48,448 bases of DNA, from NCBI GenBank assembly GCA_043722155.1, contig JAYSPJ010000186.1, positions 1 to 48,448 of the forward strand, written 5' to 3'. Numbering within the stretch: the stretch's first letter is position 1; every line of letters begins with the position of its first letter. The notes under the pieces were generated by a model that worked only from the letters and a program-made list of their open reading frames with translations, did not search any database and had not been told where the DNA came from. This document shows positions 36,060-44,934 of this stretch, piece by piece. A program made the translations under genes and the position numbers. The DNA is from Bradyrhizobium sp. Its GTDB lineage: Bacteria > Pseudomonadota > Alphaproteobacteria > Rhizobiales > Xanthobacteraceae.

Positions 36060-36641
36060 ATGTCTGCCTCTGCCGGAATGCTTGCCGACCGTATCGGCGC
36101 CCTCGAACCGTCCAGGATCTCCTGCCGCGATACCGCAGCCCTTGCCCTCACCGTCGTGCGCGATGGCGTGATCACCGGCGAAGGCCCCACCACCAGGGGC
36201 CGTGTTCATTTTTCCCGCGCGCTGGATGCCGATGACGCCGCCTGGTGCGTCCGCATCCTGACCGCGACCGCCGTCGAGCACCAGCCGGTCAGCCGCGCCG
36301 AAGCCGAAGCGCTGTTCGAGATCAACGATGCCGCCGCCGAGCGCAGCGACGAGGGGATGTTCGACGATTTGCTGGCCAAGGCGGTCGTGCACCATGCGGC
36401 GTCCGCGTCCGGCCTTCCGGTGCCGCCGCGCACCGTCGCGCTGTCGCCGGACACGGCCATCGAAAGCTGGGCGCCGACCCAGGCGAACGGCGTCGATATC
36501 GCCGTGTTGCAGTGGCTCGCCAGTCAGATGCGCGGCAAGCGCCGCAGCAACCGCACCCTGATGAGGATGGTCGCCACCATCGTCGGCGCGGCGGCGTTGC
36601 CGCTGGCGCAACTGCCGAACGTGTTCGACATCGGGATGTGA
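36060..36641 (+). CDS. Hypothetical protein
   Basis: ORF with host-like codon pattern; VSRAEAEALFEINDA motif; start uncertain (36018-36078). Confidence 0.65.
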   Translation: MSASAGMLADRIGALEPSRISCRDTAALALTVVRDGVITGEGPTTRGRVHFSRALDADDAAWCVRILTATAVEHQPVSRAEAEALFEINDAAAERSDEGMFDDLLAKAVVHHAASASGLPVPPRTVALSPDTAIESWAPTQANGVDIAVLQWLASQMRGKRRSNRTLMRMVATIVGAAALPLAQLPNVFDIGM

Positions 36642-36862
36642 TTTGGGCCGAGAGCGGCTGATATCGCGGCGGCGGGCATTTCCCCGCCGTTTCTTGTCGG
36701 CCGCCGTCGATCTCGAGCCCGACGGTTCGGCCGGGGAATCCTGCCGGATCGAACGCCTGCGGCGTGACGCCGTCCGGCATCGTCTTAACCTCCCGATAAC
36801 TCATTTTCCTAACGGCCTCTCAGTACCGGCTCCGCTACAGCATCGTAAGCAGGGGACGGAAA

Positions 36863-39583
36863 ATGTCGGGTGTCTCATCGGATAGTATCGGTTCGGGGAG
36901 CCGGGGGCTGTCACATGGCGGTGCGCGCTTTCGCGGAAGACCGGGCGCGATCCAATGGCTCGTTCTGTGCGGCGCCGCGCTCGTCGTCGCGATCGCGCTG
37001 GGCACCGGATATCTCGCCCTGCAGTTTCGCGAGCGCGCGCTCGTAGTCAGCGAGCGGGAGCAGAACAATACCGCGCTGCTGCTGTCCCGTCATTTCGACC
37101 GGCAGCTTAGCGATCTCCAGCACGTCCACGACGACGTCGTCGCCCATATGCAGGCGGGCAGGGTGGGCACCGCCGAAAGCTTCGAACGGCAAATGTCGAC
37201 CCTGGCCGCGCATGAGATGCTGCGCACCAAGCTCGCGCCGCTTCCGCATGTCGGCGGTTTGAATCTGTTCAACGTCGAGGGCCGGCTGATCAATACGTCG
37301 GAGATGTGGCCGGTGGCGGACGTGAGTATTACGGACCGGCGCTATTTCCGTGAATTTACCTCGGGCCGGCCTACTCCCGATGTGATCGTCGAACCGGCTG
37401 TCAGCAAGGTAACAAAAATCTGGACGACGATCTTCGCGCGCAAGATTACCGGCCGGCACGGCGAGCTGATCGGGTTTGCGACCAGGGGCGTCGAACCCTC
37501 GCATTTCCAGAATTTCGTCGCTTCCCTGGCGCTGAACAGCGACACCACGATCTCGATGATTCACCGCGACGGCACCGTCATCGCCCGCTATCCGCATGAC
37601 GACAATCTGATCGGCAAGAACGTCGCCAATTCGCCGGCGTTTCGCAAGGCGCTGAGGCTGGGTGGCAATGCTTCCGGGCGCTTTGCACACACCGTCCGGG
37701 GCGAAGAAAGGGTGGGCTCCGTCCGATCGCTGACGAATTTTCCGATCATGATCGTCGCCGCAACCGACGTATCGTCGGCGCTTTCCGACTGGCGGGCGCA
37801 GACCAGGCTGCAGTTCTTCGCCGCACTTCTCGCGGTGGTCGTCGTCATCGCCACTATCTTCCTGATCGTTCGCCAGTTGAAGCGTCAGCACGAGGCCGCG
37901 CAGCGGCTGCTCTCCGAGAAGAGCCAGCATCTCGACACCGCCATCAACAACATGACGCAGGGGCTGCTGCTGTTCGACTCTTCGGGCCGCCTCGTCATCT
38001 GCAATCAGCGCTACATGGACATGTTCGGCATATCGCCGGCCGTGGCCGTACCCGGCTGTCATCTGCGCGACCTCATCCGTCATCGCCAGGAACTGGGTTC
38101 GTTCGTCGGCGACGTCGACGCTTATTGTGCGAGGTTTCTCGATCCGAAGGATGACCTGGTGAACGATACCGTCATTTCGACCCCGGACGGCCGCATGATC
38201 AGGCTGATCTACAAGCGGTCGCCGGACGGCGGCTGGGCCACCACGCTGGAAGATGTGACCGAGCGGCGGCGTGTCGCGGCCAAGATCGAACATCTCGCCC
38301 ATTATGACGCATTGACCAATCTGCCGAACCGGACGCTGTTCCAGCGGCATGCGGAGGGATTGCTTCTCCAGACCGCCGACGTTCAATTCGCCATCCTCTA
38401 CATCGACATCGATGAATTCAAACGCATCAACGACTCACTGGGCCACTTGATCGGCGATGAGTTCCTGAGAGGCGTGGCGGGACGCCTGCTCGAGTCCGTC
38501 GGCCCGAGCGACTTTGTTGCACGGCTCGGCGGCGATGAATTCGCCATCGTGCAACGCGACGTCGCCTCCGACGATGATGTCGAGGCGTTGATCGCGAAGA
38601 TCTATCGGGCACTGCGTACGCCGTTCGATTGTCTCGGCCACAGCCTCGGCAGCGACGCCAGCATCGGCGTTGCCATCGCGCCGCGACACGGTTCCGACCT
38701 GTTCGGGTTACTCAAGAGTGCTGATCTCGCGATGTATGCGGCGAAGGCGGCCGGCCGCCGGACCCATCGTTTCTTCGAGCCGTCCATGGAAGCGCAGGCC
38801 AATCTTCGCCGCGAGCTCGAGCGGGATTTGCGGACTGCGATCGTCGAAGGCGGCCTTGAAATCCATTACCAGCCGATTGTCGATCTGCGCAGTGGCGAGA
38901 TCACCGGATGCGAGGCGCTGCTGCGGTGGCGGCATCCGGTGCGCGGCATGGTCTCGCCGGCCGAATTCATTCCGGTTGCCGAGGAAACCGGCCTGATCGA
39001 AGAGATCGGGCAATGGGTCTTGCGAACCGCGTGCGCCGAAGCCGCGGTGTGGCCTGCCCATATACGGCTTGCCGTCAACGTTTCCCCTGTTCAGTTCAGG
39101 TCGCCGACGCTGTCCTTGAAGGTGGCCGCCGCGCTCGCCGATACCGGTCTCGACCCGCGCCGGCTGGAACTCGAGATCACGGAGGCAGTGTTGATCGCCG
39201 ATGACGACGCGGCGCTGGTGGCGCTCAACCAGCTGCGCGCGCTTGGGGTTCACATCGCGCTGGACGATTTCGGGACGGGTTATTCGTCGCTGAGCTACCT
39301 GCAACGGTTTCCATTCGACAAGATCAAGATCGACCGCAGCTTCGTCAAGGAACTGATGCGCGGCACCGGTTCGGCGTCCATCATCAAGGCCGTCGTGAGC
39401 ATCGCCGCCGATCGCAACATGATAACGACCGCCGAAGGGGTGGAGACCGAGCAGCAGCGCGAAACCGTGCGGTTGCTCGGATGCACGCAGATGCAGGGAT
39501 ACCTGTTCAGCGCCGCGCGCCCGGCGAATGAAATTCGCGAAATGCTGGGATGCCGCCAGCAGACTATCGAAGATGCGGCGTGA
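36863..39583 (+). CDS. dCache-PAS-GGDEF-EAL diguanylate cyclase/phosphodiesterase
   Basis: 2 TM segments around a Cache-like region, PAS, YDALTNLPNR, RLGGDEF, CEALLRW, DDFGTGYSSL, KIDRSF, EGVE. Confidence 0.94.
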   Translation: MSGVSSDSIGSGSRGLSHGGARFRGRPGAIQWLVLCGAALVVAIALGTGYLALQFRERALVVSEREQNNTALLLSRHFDRQLSDLQHVHDDVVAHMQAGRVGTAESFERQMSTLAAHEMLRTKLAPLPHVGGLNLFNVEGRLINTSEMWPVADVSITDRRYFREFTSGRPTPDVIVEPAVSKVTKIWTTIFARKITGRHGELIGFATRGVEPSHFQNFVASLALNSDTTISMIHRDGTVIARYPHDDNLIGKNVANSPAFRKALRLGGNASGRFAHTVRGEERVGSVRSLTNFPIMIVAATDVSSALSDWRAQTRLQFFAALLAVVVVIATIFLIVRQLKRQHEAAQRLLSEKSQHLDTAINNMTQGLLLFDSSGRLVICNQRYMDMFGISPAVAVPGCHLRDLIRHRQELGSFVGDVDAYCARFLDPKDDLVNDTVISTPDGRMIRLIYKRSPDGGWATTLEDVTERRRVAAKIEHLAHYDALTNLPNRTLFQRHAEGLLLQTADVQFAILYIDIDEFKRINDSLGHLIGDEFLRGVAGRLLESVGPSDFVARLGGDEFAIVQRDVASDDDVEALIAKIYRALRTPFDCLGHSLGSDASIGVAIAPRHGSDLFGLLKSADLAMYAAKAAGRRTHRFFEPSMEAQANLRRELERDLRTAIVEGGLEIHYQPIVDLRSGEITGCEALLRWRHPVRGMVSPAEFIPVAEETGLIEEIGQWVLRTACAEAAVWPAHIRLAVNVSPVQFRSPTLSLKVAAALADTGLDPRRLELEITEAVLIADDDAALVALNQLRALGVHIALDDFGTGYSSLSYLQRFPFDKIKIDRSFVKELMRGTGSASIIKAVVSIAADRNMITTAEGVETEQQRETVRLLGCTQMQGYLFSAARPANEIREMLGCRQQTIEDAA

Positions 39584-39626
39584 GGGGCGGGTGCCGGCCC
39601 GGCAGGTTCGGGCCTTTCTTGCCTTG

Positions 39627-39701
39627 ACGCGTTTGCTTGACGCGAACCGGTACCCACCCCGGATCAAGTCCGGAGCAGGACTTCGCTCGAAACCGCTATA
39701 G
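39627..39701. repeat. Rhizobial intergenic repeat (ACGCGAACCGGT...CTTCGCTCGAAA family) with an internal ccggatcaagtccgg module
   Basis: acgcgtttgcttgacgcgaaccggtacccac-ccggatcaagtccgg-cttcgctcgaaaccgctatag. Confidence 0.65.
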
Positions 39702-39704
39702 CCG

Positions 39705-40457
39705 TCACTTGCTCGGCGCCCGGCAATTATACGCCTTTCGAAATCCCGAGGCCTGGGCATCTTCCTCGGAGCAAAACCATCGGTTCGGCTCCGTCATGCC
39801 GGGGTAACTGCGGCATCCCTGCAAGTGATAGACGCCCACGTTCCCGGTGACGCGGGCACGCACCGCGAATTTGCCCTTGATGCTGCAACCCGGCGGCATC
39901 ACGGGATGCTCGGGAAACAGCACCGCGCGGATCTCGTGGTCCTTGTCCGGCCTGCATGAATCGCCCAGCAGGGCGCCGTCCTTGCGTCCGCGGCGAAATT
40001 CGTAAGGCGCTGCAAAACAGCCTTTCCAAAGTCCCCGGCGGTTGTCCTTAGCGCCGGCCTCGTCGTCCTTGAACCGGCCTCTGGCGTAGGGTTCGAAGTT
40101 CAGCGCAAATCCCTGGCGGACAACGAGCTGGTTCAGGGTGGACGTCTCGCCATCGACGGTACAAATGCCGATATGGCGGATCCTGTTTATTGCGCCCACC
40201 CCGAGATCCTCGCAGCGCACCGCGCGGCCGCCGATCAATTTGGTCAGTTGATCGCGCGCTTCGACGCCGCAGGCCCATGCATCGGCGTGCTCGTCGATGC
40301 ACATCTGGTCAAGCTCCGGCGCATCGATGCCGTCGAGCCGGTAGGTCACGCCAGCCAGCCGAAGGGTGCCGCCGTCCTTGACGACCACGCCGGCGGCCCA
40401 GCTCTGGCCCGCCCAGAGAACTGTCAGTATCAGGATTAGGGAACGCATCCAGGCCAT
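39705..40457 (-). CDS. Thermonuclease (SNase-like) family exported protein with C-terminal Cys-rich domain
   Basis: Signal peptide; [35 protein letters not shown]...YH...[16 protein letters not shown]. Confidence 0.88.
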   Translation of the reverse strand: MAWMRSLILILTVLWAGQSWAAGVVVKDGGTLRLAGVTYRLDGIDAPELDQMCIDEHADAWACGVEARDQLTKLIGGRAVRCEDLGVGAINRIRHIGICTVDGETSTLNQLVVRQGFALNFEPYARGRFKDDEAGAKDNRRGLWKGCFAAPYEFRRGRKDGALLGDSCRPDKDHEIRAVLFPEHPVMPPGCSIKGKFAVRARVTGNVGVYHLQGCRSYPGMTEPNRWFCSEEDAQASGFRKAYNCRAPSK

Positions 40458-40642
40458 TGCCTCTGTTTGGTTTTGCGGTACTGCGACAAACGTTACGGTA
40501 AGTTCGCGCGTTGATCGAGGGGCCTGTTGGCCGTCGAAAGCCGCCGGCGGCGCTGAAGCGGGGAATAACCGGGCTGTGCAGCCATTCCTGCGACAAGAAC
40601 GGCTGTATTGTTGTAAACGCCTCAATGGGAGCTTTGGCCGAG

Positions 40643-41278
40643 ATGACCGCAATCTATTTCGACCTCGACGGGACGCTGACCGATCCAAAGCCCGGCATAA
40701 CCCGTTCGATCCAGTACGCGCTCGGCAAGCTTGACCGGGCGGTTCCAGCGGAAGATGAATTGACGTGGTGCATCGGGCCGCCGCTGCACGGCAGCCTGAA
40801 AAAGCTGCTTGGCAGCGACGATCTGGCCGACAGGGCGCTGCTGCTTTATCGCGAACGCTTCGCCGACATCGGAATCTTCGAAAATCAAATCTACCCCGGC
40901 ATCGAAGACGTCTTATCCGCGCTCTCCCGGTCGGGCCGGCGCCTGTTCGTGGCGACCAGCAAAGCCAATGTCTATGCTGAGCGCATTATCGATCACTTCA
41001 AATTGCGGGTCTATTTTGAACGCGTTTTCGGTGCCGAGCTGGATGGCACGCGTTCCGACAAGACCGACTTGCTGGGCCATGCCCTGCAGTCCATGCGCAT
41101 CGATCCGTCTCAGGCCATGATGATAGGCGACCGCAGCTACGACATGGTGGGTGCGAGAAACAACGGAATGATCGCCATCGGTGTCCTCTACGGTTACGGC
41201 AGTGAAGCGGAATTGCGCGACGCGGGAGCGCATCAAGTTTGCGCCACGCCCCAGCGATTGCTTGGCCACACCGGTTAG
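40643..41278 (+). CDS. HAD-superfamily hydrolase (phosphoglycolate phosphatase/nucleotidase-like)
   Basis: [31 protein letters not shown]. Confidence 0.92.
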   Translation: MTAIYFDLDGTLTDPKPGITRSIQYALGKLDRAVPAEDELTWCIGPPLHGSLKKLLGSDDLADRALLLYRERFADIGIFENQIYPGIEDVLSALSRSGRRLFVATSKANVYAERIIDHFKLRVYFERVFGAELDGTRSDKTDLLGHALQSMRIDPSQAMMIGDRSYDMVGARNNGMIAIGVLYGYGSEAELRDAGAHQVCATPQRLLGHTG

Positions 41279-41414
41279 GCCTGTTGGCAACCCGACTTCA
41301 GGACCCTTCCGGGCGACGTTCGTGGAAACTCCGGCCGCTCGCTTTCGATCAAGCCGCGTGTCGACCGTCGACCTGCCAAACGCCACGCACCGGTTGACTT
41401 CGGCGATATTATAC

Positions 41415-41443
41415 TTGCCGTACCCATGGAACCGGGCTATATC
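41415..41443 (+). promoter_or_regulatory. Putative sigma70 promoter for the cargo operon, -35 within the TIR
   Basis: TTGCCG-N17-TATATC (cTTG...cTATAT, alphaproteobacterial consensus-like). Confidence 0.55.
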
Positions 41444-41514
41444 GCAAAGCGAGCGGGGGTTAAGCTATGACCCCTTCTGATTGCGCCCGCCCCTATACCC
41501 CGACTGGCTATCAA

Positions 41515-42582
41515 ATGATCCGCTCGGTAAACCTCCGGAATTTCCGAAGTTTTGACGCGGCTGTCCTTCAGGACTGCCGGAGGCTCAACGTGATTGTGGG
41601 AGAAAACGGGAGCGGAAAGACTGCCTTACTTGAAGGAATTTTCTTAGCTGCCGGTCCAAGCCCTGAAATAGCACTTCGGACCCGATCTTGGCGCGGCTAT
41701 GAGCAGGAACGCTTTCAGGGGACCGACGAACAAGTTGAGGAGGCCCTTTGGGCCGATCTATTCCACAAGTTTGATATGAAGGCGTCCGCCGAAATAGCCT
41801 TGCAGGGGGACACCGATCACAATCGCTCGGTCGAAATTACCTTCAGCGAGGGAACCGCCACGGATTTTAAGCTTAACCGCCGGGCTCGACGTGCGGGCTT
41901 ACTCGTCAAAGATGTTCCGCCGCAAGTTGAATTCACCTGGACCGTTCCCAATCATGAACCATTCTCGATCAACCCTGTGCTGGAAGATGGGCGGCTGAAG
42001 GTCGGCAAGGTGCCGAGGTCTCATGTTAAGGCGCACTTCTTTGCGGCAAACCGCACCTTTTCAGGATTAGAGACCGCTAATCGGTTCTCGATGTTGAGCC
42101 GCACTAAGAAATCGGACGCCTTTGTAGAAATGTTCTGCCGGCACTTCCCGAACATTTTGGATTTGTCCGTTGAGGTGAGTGCAGGCGCGGCGATGCTCTT
42201 TGCTGAAGTGAAGGATGTGCCGGAAAAAATTCCGCTAAGTCTTGCTTCGGGAGGGATGAACAAGCTGGCTGCCATGCTTCTGGCTATGCCAGCGCAGCCC
42301 CGCAGTATTGTCTTGATTGATGAAATCGAAAACGGCGTTCATTACGCGCGCCTGCCCAAGATATGGGAAAGCCTGTTCGAGCAGGCAAAGGAAACCGATT
42401 CTCAGGTGTTTGTTTCCACTCATAGCAACGAGTGTCTCAACGCAATTGCGGAAGTCGCGAGGGCAAACGCCCAAGATATATCGATAATCCACTCTCAGCT
42501 TCGCAAAGGAGCTAGCGAGCTGGAGCAGTATGACGGCGAGACTTTCCTTGCTGCCATGGAAGAGAATATCGAGATCAGATGA
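41515..42582 (+). CDS. ABC-type AAA family ATPase (AAA_15/AAA_21-like)
   Basis: MIRSVNLRNFRSF, Walker A GENGSGKT, signature-like ASGGM, Walker B/D-loop VLIDEIENG, H-loop STHS. Confidence 0.9.
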   Translation: MIRSVNLRNFRSFDAAVLQDCRRLNVIVGENGSGKTALLEGIFLAAGPSPEIALRTRSWRGYEQERFQGTDEQVEEALWADLFHKFDMKASAEIALQGDTDHNRSVEITFSEGTATDFKLNRRARRAGLLVKDVPPQVEFTWTVPNHEPFSINPVLEDGRLKVGKVPRSHVKAHFFAANRTFSGLETANRFSMLSRTKKSDAFVEMFCRHFPNILDLSVEVSAGAAMLFAEVKDVPEKIPLSLASGGMNKLAAMLLAMPAQPRSIVLIDEIENGVHYARLPKIWESLFEQAKETDSQVFVSTHSNECLNAIAEVARANAQDISIIHSQLRKGASELEQYDGETFLAAMEENIEIR

Positions 42583-43268
42583 GGCGGGTGCCAGCCGATA
42601 CGTTCGATAGGCCGTGGCTTCTGCTCTGCGAGGGAGACGCAGATAAAAAATTCTTTGATCGACTTCTTAGACATCACGCCATATCGCCGGGCATGTTCGA
42701 TGTTCACTTTCCGGCACGCAACGATGACGCTACCGGAGGACGCGGAAAGTTTGGCGCTTTCCTAAGGACTATCCACAAGACCTCACCCTCCTTTCGAGAG
42801 AATGTGAAGGCTGTCTTGATTGTTTCCGACAACGACGACGACATGCAGGAGTCGTTTCGTCTCGTTAAGGCGGGGCTTGAGCAGTCGGGAGGATTTGGTA
42901 TTCCTGATGCTGAACGGGTCGTTGCTAGATCTGAAGGATATCCCCTCGTCGTCGTCGTAATGATCCCGATGGGGACGCTCGGCAATCTCGAAACGATTGC
43001 TTTAGAAGCCGCCTACAGCAAGTGGGAAATAAAACCGGCCCTAGATGCCTATGTTAATGCGACACCTGCTGCAGGCTGGAGCGTCGGGAAGCAGTCGAAG
43101 ATGCGAATGCACGCGCTGCTAGCCGCCACAGTCGAAACGAAACCAGAGTCGTCTTTCGCTCACCATTGGCAGGAGCGAGAAGAATTTCACATTCCCCTCG
43201 ATCACGAAGCATACAATGATCTGGTGCTGTTTCTCATGGGCTTCGAAGAGCTAATCGGCGACGCCTGA
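42579..43268 (+). CDS. TOPRIM-like putative nuclease (DUF3226-like)
   Basis: LLCEGDAD, VSDNDDD (DxD) and GNLE motifs; ATGA overlap with the ATPase stop codon. Confidence 0.75.
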   Translation: MRRVPADTFDRPWLLLCEGDADKKFFDRLLRHHAISPGMFDVHFPARNDDATGGRGKFGAFLRTIHKTSPSFRENVKAVLIVSDNDDDMQESFRLVKAGLEQSGGFGIPDAERVVARSEGYPLVVVVMIPMGTLGNLETIALEAAYSKWEIKPALDAYVNATPAAGWSVGKQSKMRMHALLAATVETKPESSFAHHWQEREEFHIPLDHEAYNDLVLFLMGFEELIGDA

Positions 43269-43436
43269 TTTTCTTGCTGGCGTTCGCAGGATGCCTATTA
43301 GAGATTTTTCGAAAGTCTTTCCGCTTTCATCAACGCCAATCTCCCGAGCGGCTTCTATGAACCGCTCGGATTGCTCTTTGTCAGTTAGCTTAGGCTTTGC
43401 CTTTTGCTTTTTTGGCACGCCTGCTTTCTTCGCCAT
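43251..43436 (-). CDS. Small hypothetical protein downstream of the IS1595 transposase
   Basis: Lys-rich N-terminus then EQSERFIEAAREIGVDE; starts 14 nt after the transposase stop. Confidence 0.65.
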   Translation of the reverse strand: MAKKAGVPKKQKAKPKLTDKEQSERFIEAAREIGVDESGKTFEKSLIGILRTPARKSGVAD

Positions 43437-43450
43437 AGGGCGCGGTCCCC

Positions 43451-44425
43451 TTAATTAACCGTTTGATATTTGAGACGCTTGCCACGGACACCTTTGAGCG
43501 CCTTCTCAGCGCGGGCAACATCGCCAACGCCGAGCGCGATACGGTTGGAATAGCGGAAGTCAAACTCAGAGAGATAGCGGTGCAGGTGCTTCTCGGAGCA
43601 ATGCTGATAGACGCCCTTCATGCCGCGCTTGAAGACCGAATAGAAGCCTTCAACGGTGTTGGTAGTGATGACGGTAGTTTCGACAACCGGCTTCCCATCG
43701 GGACGCATTTTGTCGGTCGCTTCGTTCCAGTAACGAACGTATTGGTCCGCACTGTGATTGACAACATCGTGCTTCATGCCTTGGGTTTCGGCGACCACCT
43801 TGTAAGCCTTGGCTTCGTCGGTCATCAAGTGTGCATTCTTGCTAACGTTCGCCTTGATGATTGGCAGAATGTCGCCAGCGCTCACGCCGTCAATGTGAAA
43901 GCTGCGAGCGGGGCCGCCGCGCTCTACCAGGGTCAGAACAATATTTTTGTGCGCCGAGCCGCGTTTTTTCTCAACGCCCTCGACTCTGCCGACGTAGGTT
44001 TCGTCAACCTCAACCGCGCCGCCGTCCGAACCCATCAAGGGGGTGAAAGGGCCGCCGACGCGCATCGCTTCGCGAATGCGATGGGAGATGAACCAAGCGG
44101 TTTTGAGGGTGCAGCCGAGAGTGCGGTGAAGCTGGTTACTGCTGATGCCCTTCTTTGAGGACGACATCAGGAAGATCGCCTGCAGCCAATGGCGCATCGG
44201 TACGTGGCTTGCTTCAAAGATGGTGCCGATCTTCACGGTGAAGGGCTTGCGGCACTGGTAGCACTTGTAGGCGCCAATCCGGGTGCTCTTGCCGCCCATC
44301 TTGGAAATGCGCTCCACACCCCCGCAATGCGGGCAGACGGGGCCATTGGGCCAGAGCCGGGCTTCTACGAAAGCGTAGGCGGCGGCCTCGTTGTGGAAGT
44401 GCTTGTCCGAAAGAACCGATTTCAT
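43451..44425 (-). CDS. IS1595 family DDE transposase
   Basis: Zn ribbon WPNGPVCPHCG...YKCYQCRKPFTV, KKGISS HTH, VEVDETY, LMTDE, VNHS, NTVEGFYS, YLSEFDFRY; frame intact. Confidence 0.95.
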   Translation of the reverse strand: MKSVLSDKHFHNEAAAYAFVEARLWPNGPVCPHCGGVERISKMGGKSTRIGAYKCYQCRKPFTVKIGTIFEASHVPMRHWLQAIFLMSSSKKGISSNQLHRTLGCTLKTAWFISHRIREAMRVGGPFTPLMGSDGGAVEVDETYVGRVEGVEKKRGSAHKNIVLTLVERGGPARSFHIDGVSAGDILPIIKANVSKNAHLMTDEAKAYKVVAETQGMKHDVVNHSADQYVRYWNEATDKMRPDGKPVVETTVITTNTVEGFYSVFKRGMKGVYQHCSEKHLHRYLSEFDFRYSNRIALGVGDVARAEKALKGVRGKRLKYQTVN

Positions 44426-44446
44426 GACGAATCCCCTTGTGCCGCA

Positions 44447-44475
44447 ACCATAAGTCAGTGGTTTGGGTACGTCAA
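44447..44475 (-). promoter_or_regulatory. Putative transposase promoter, -35 within the TIR
   Basis: Minus strand TTGACG-N17-TATGGT ending about 22 nt before the ATG at 44425. Confidence 0.6.
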
Positions 44476-44501
44476 GTATAATATTCCGGTTGACTTCGTA
44501 A

Positions 44502-44516
44502 GAACAAAAGAAGAAC
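44502..44516 (+). promoter_or_regulatory. Alphaproteobacterial LexA (SOS) box
   Basis: GAAC-aaaagaa-GAAC matches GAAC-N7-GAAC; lies 6 nt after a TTGACT -35-like hexamer. Confidence 0.7.
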
Positions 44517-44549
44517 ATGTCCCGGCCGCTTCCAATGGAAATAACCGCC

Positions 44550-44759
44550 ATGTCCTCCTCTTCGCAGCCGAATACAGAGGAGGATAATGGGCTGGAGGCC
44601 GCCGTGGATCAGGCGGTCGCGGCGTGCGGCGGCGACATGCGATCCACTATCCGGGCCTTGATCGTTGCCAATGAATATCTGCAATCCGAGGCGAGCGAAC
44701 TGATGAAGGCCGTCTCCCACGCCTATGCGCGCGGCAGATTTCATACCTATTCCGGCTGA
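44550..44759 (+). CDS. Small hypothetical protein, putatively SOS-regulated
   Basis: AVDQAVAACGGDMRSTIRALIVANEYL...VSHAYARG motif; follows the LexA box. Confidence 0.75.
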   Translation: MSSSSQPNTEEDNGLEAAVDQAVAACGGDMRSTIRALIVANEYLQSEASELMKAVSHAYARGRFHTYSG

Positions 44760-44934
44760 TGCGCCGTCAAGTCGACAAGCCGGGGTGCAAGGCTGGTCTA
44801 GAAGGCCGCTATCGAAGGTCGATATAGACCGTTGCCTCCGTTCAGTTTTGCTGTACGACGGAACCGATAAATCGTTCCCCGTGTAGCCGGCCCGCAGGGC
44901 TGGACCCCGCCCTTCGGTTGCAAGTAAATAGCCC

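Larger units (their letters stand above)
41401..44488 (-). mobile_element. IS1595-family element with passenger genes (3,088 bp)
   Basis: TIRs cggcgatattatacttgccgtaccca (41401-41426) and reverse-complement cggaatattatacttgacgtaccca (44464-44488); 8-bp direct repeat GTTGACTT at 41393-41400 and 44489-44496; transposase inside. Confidence 0.92.

Noticed and set aside
41390-41402. 13-bp direct repeat ccggttgacttcg (also 44486-44498) as the target duplication
   Set aside because: The extra matches overlap the CGG/CCG TIR termini; an 8-bp TSD fits both ends and IS1595 behaviour, though the exact boundary needs an empty-site allele
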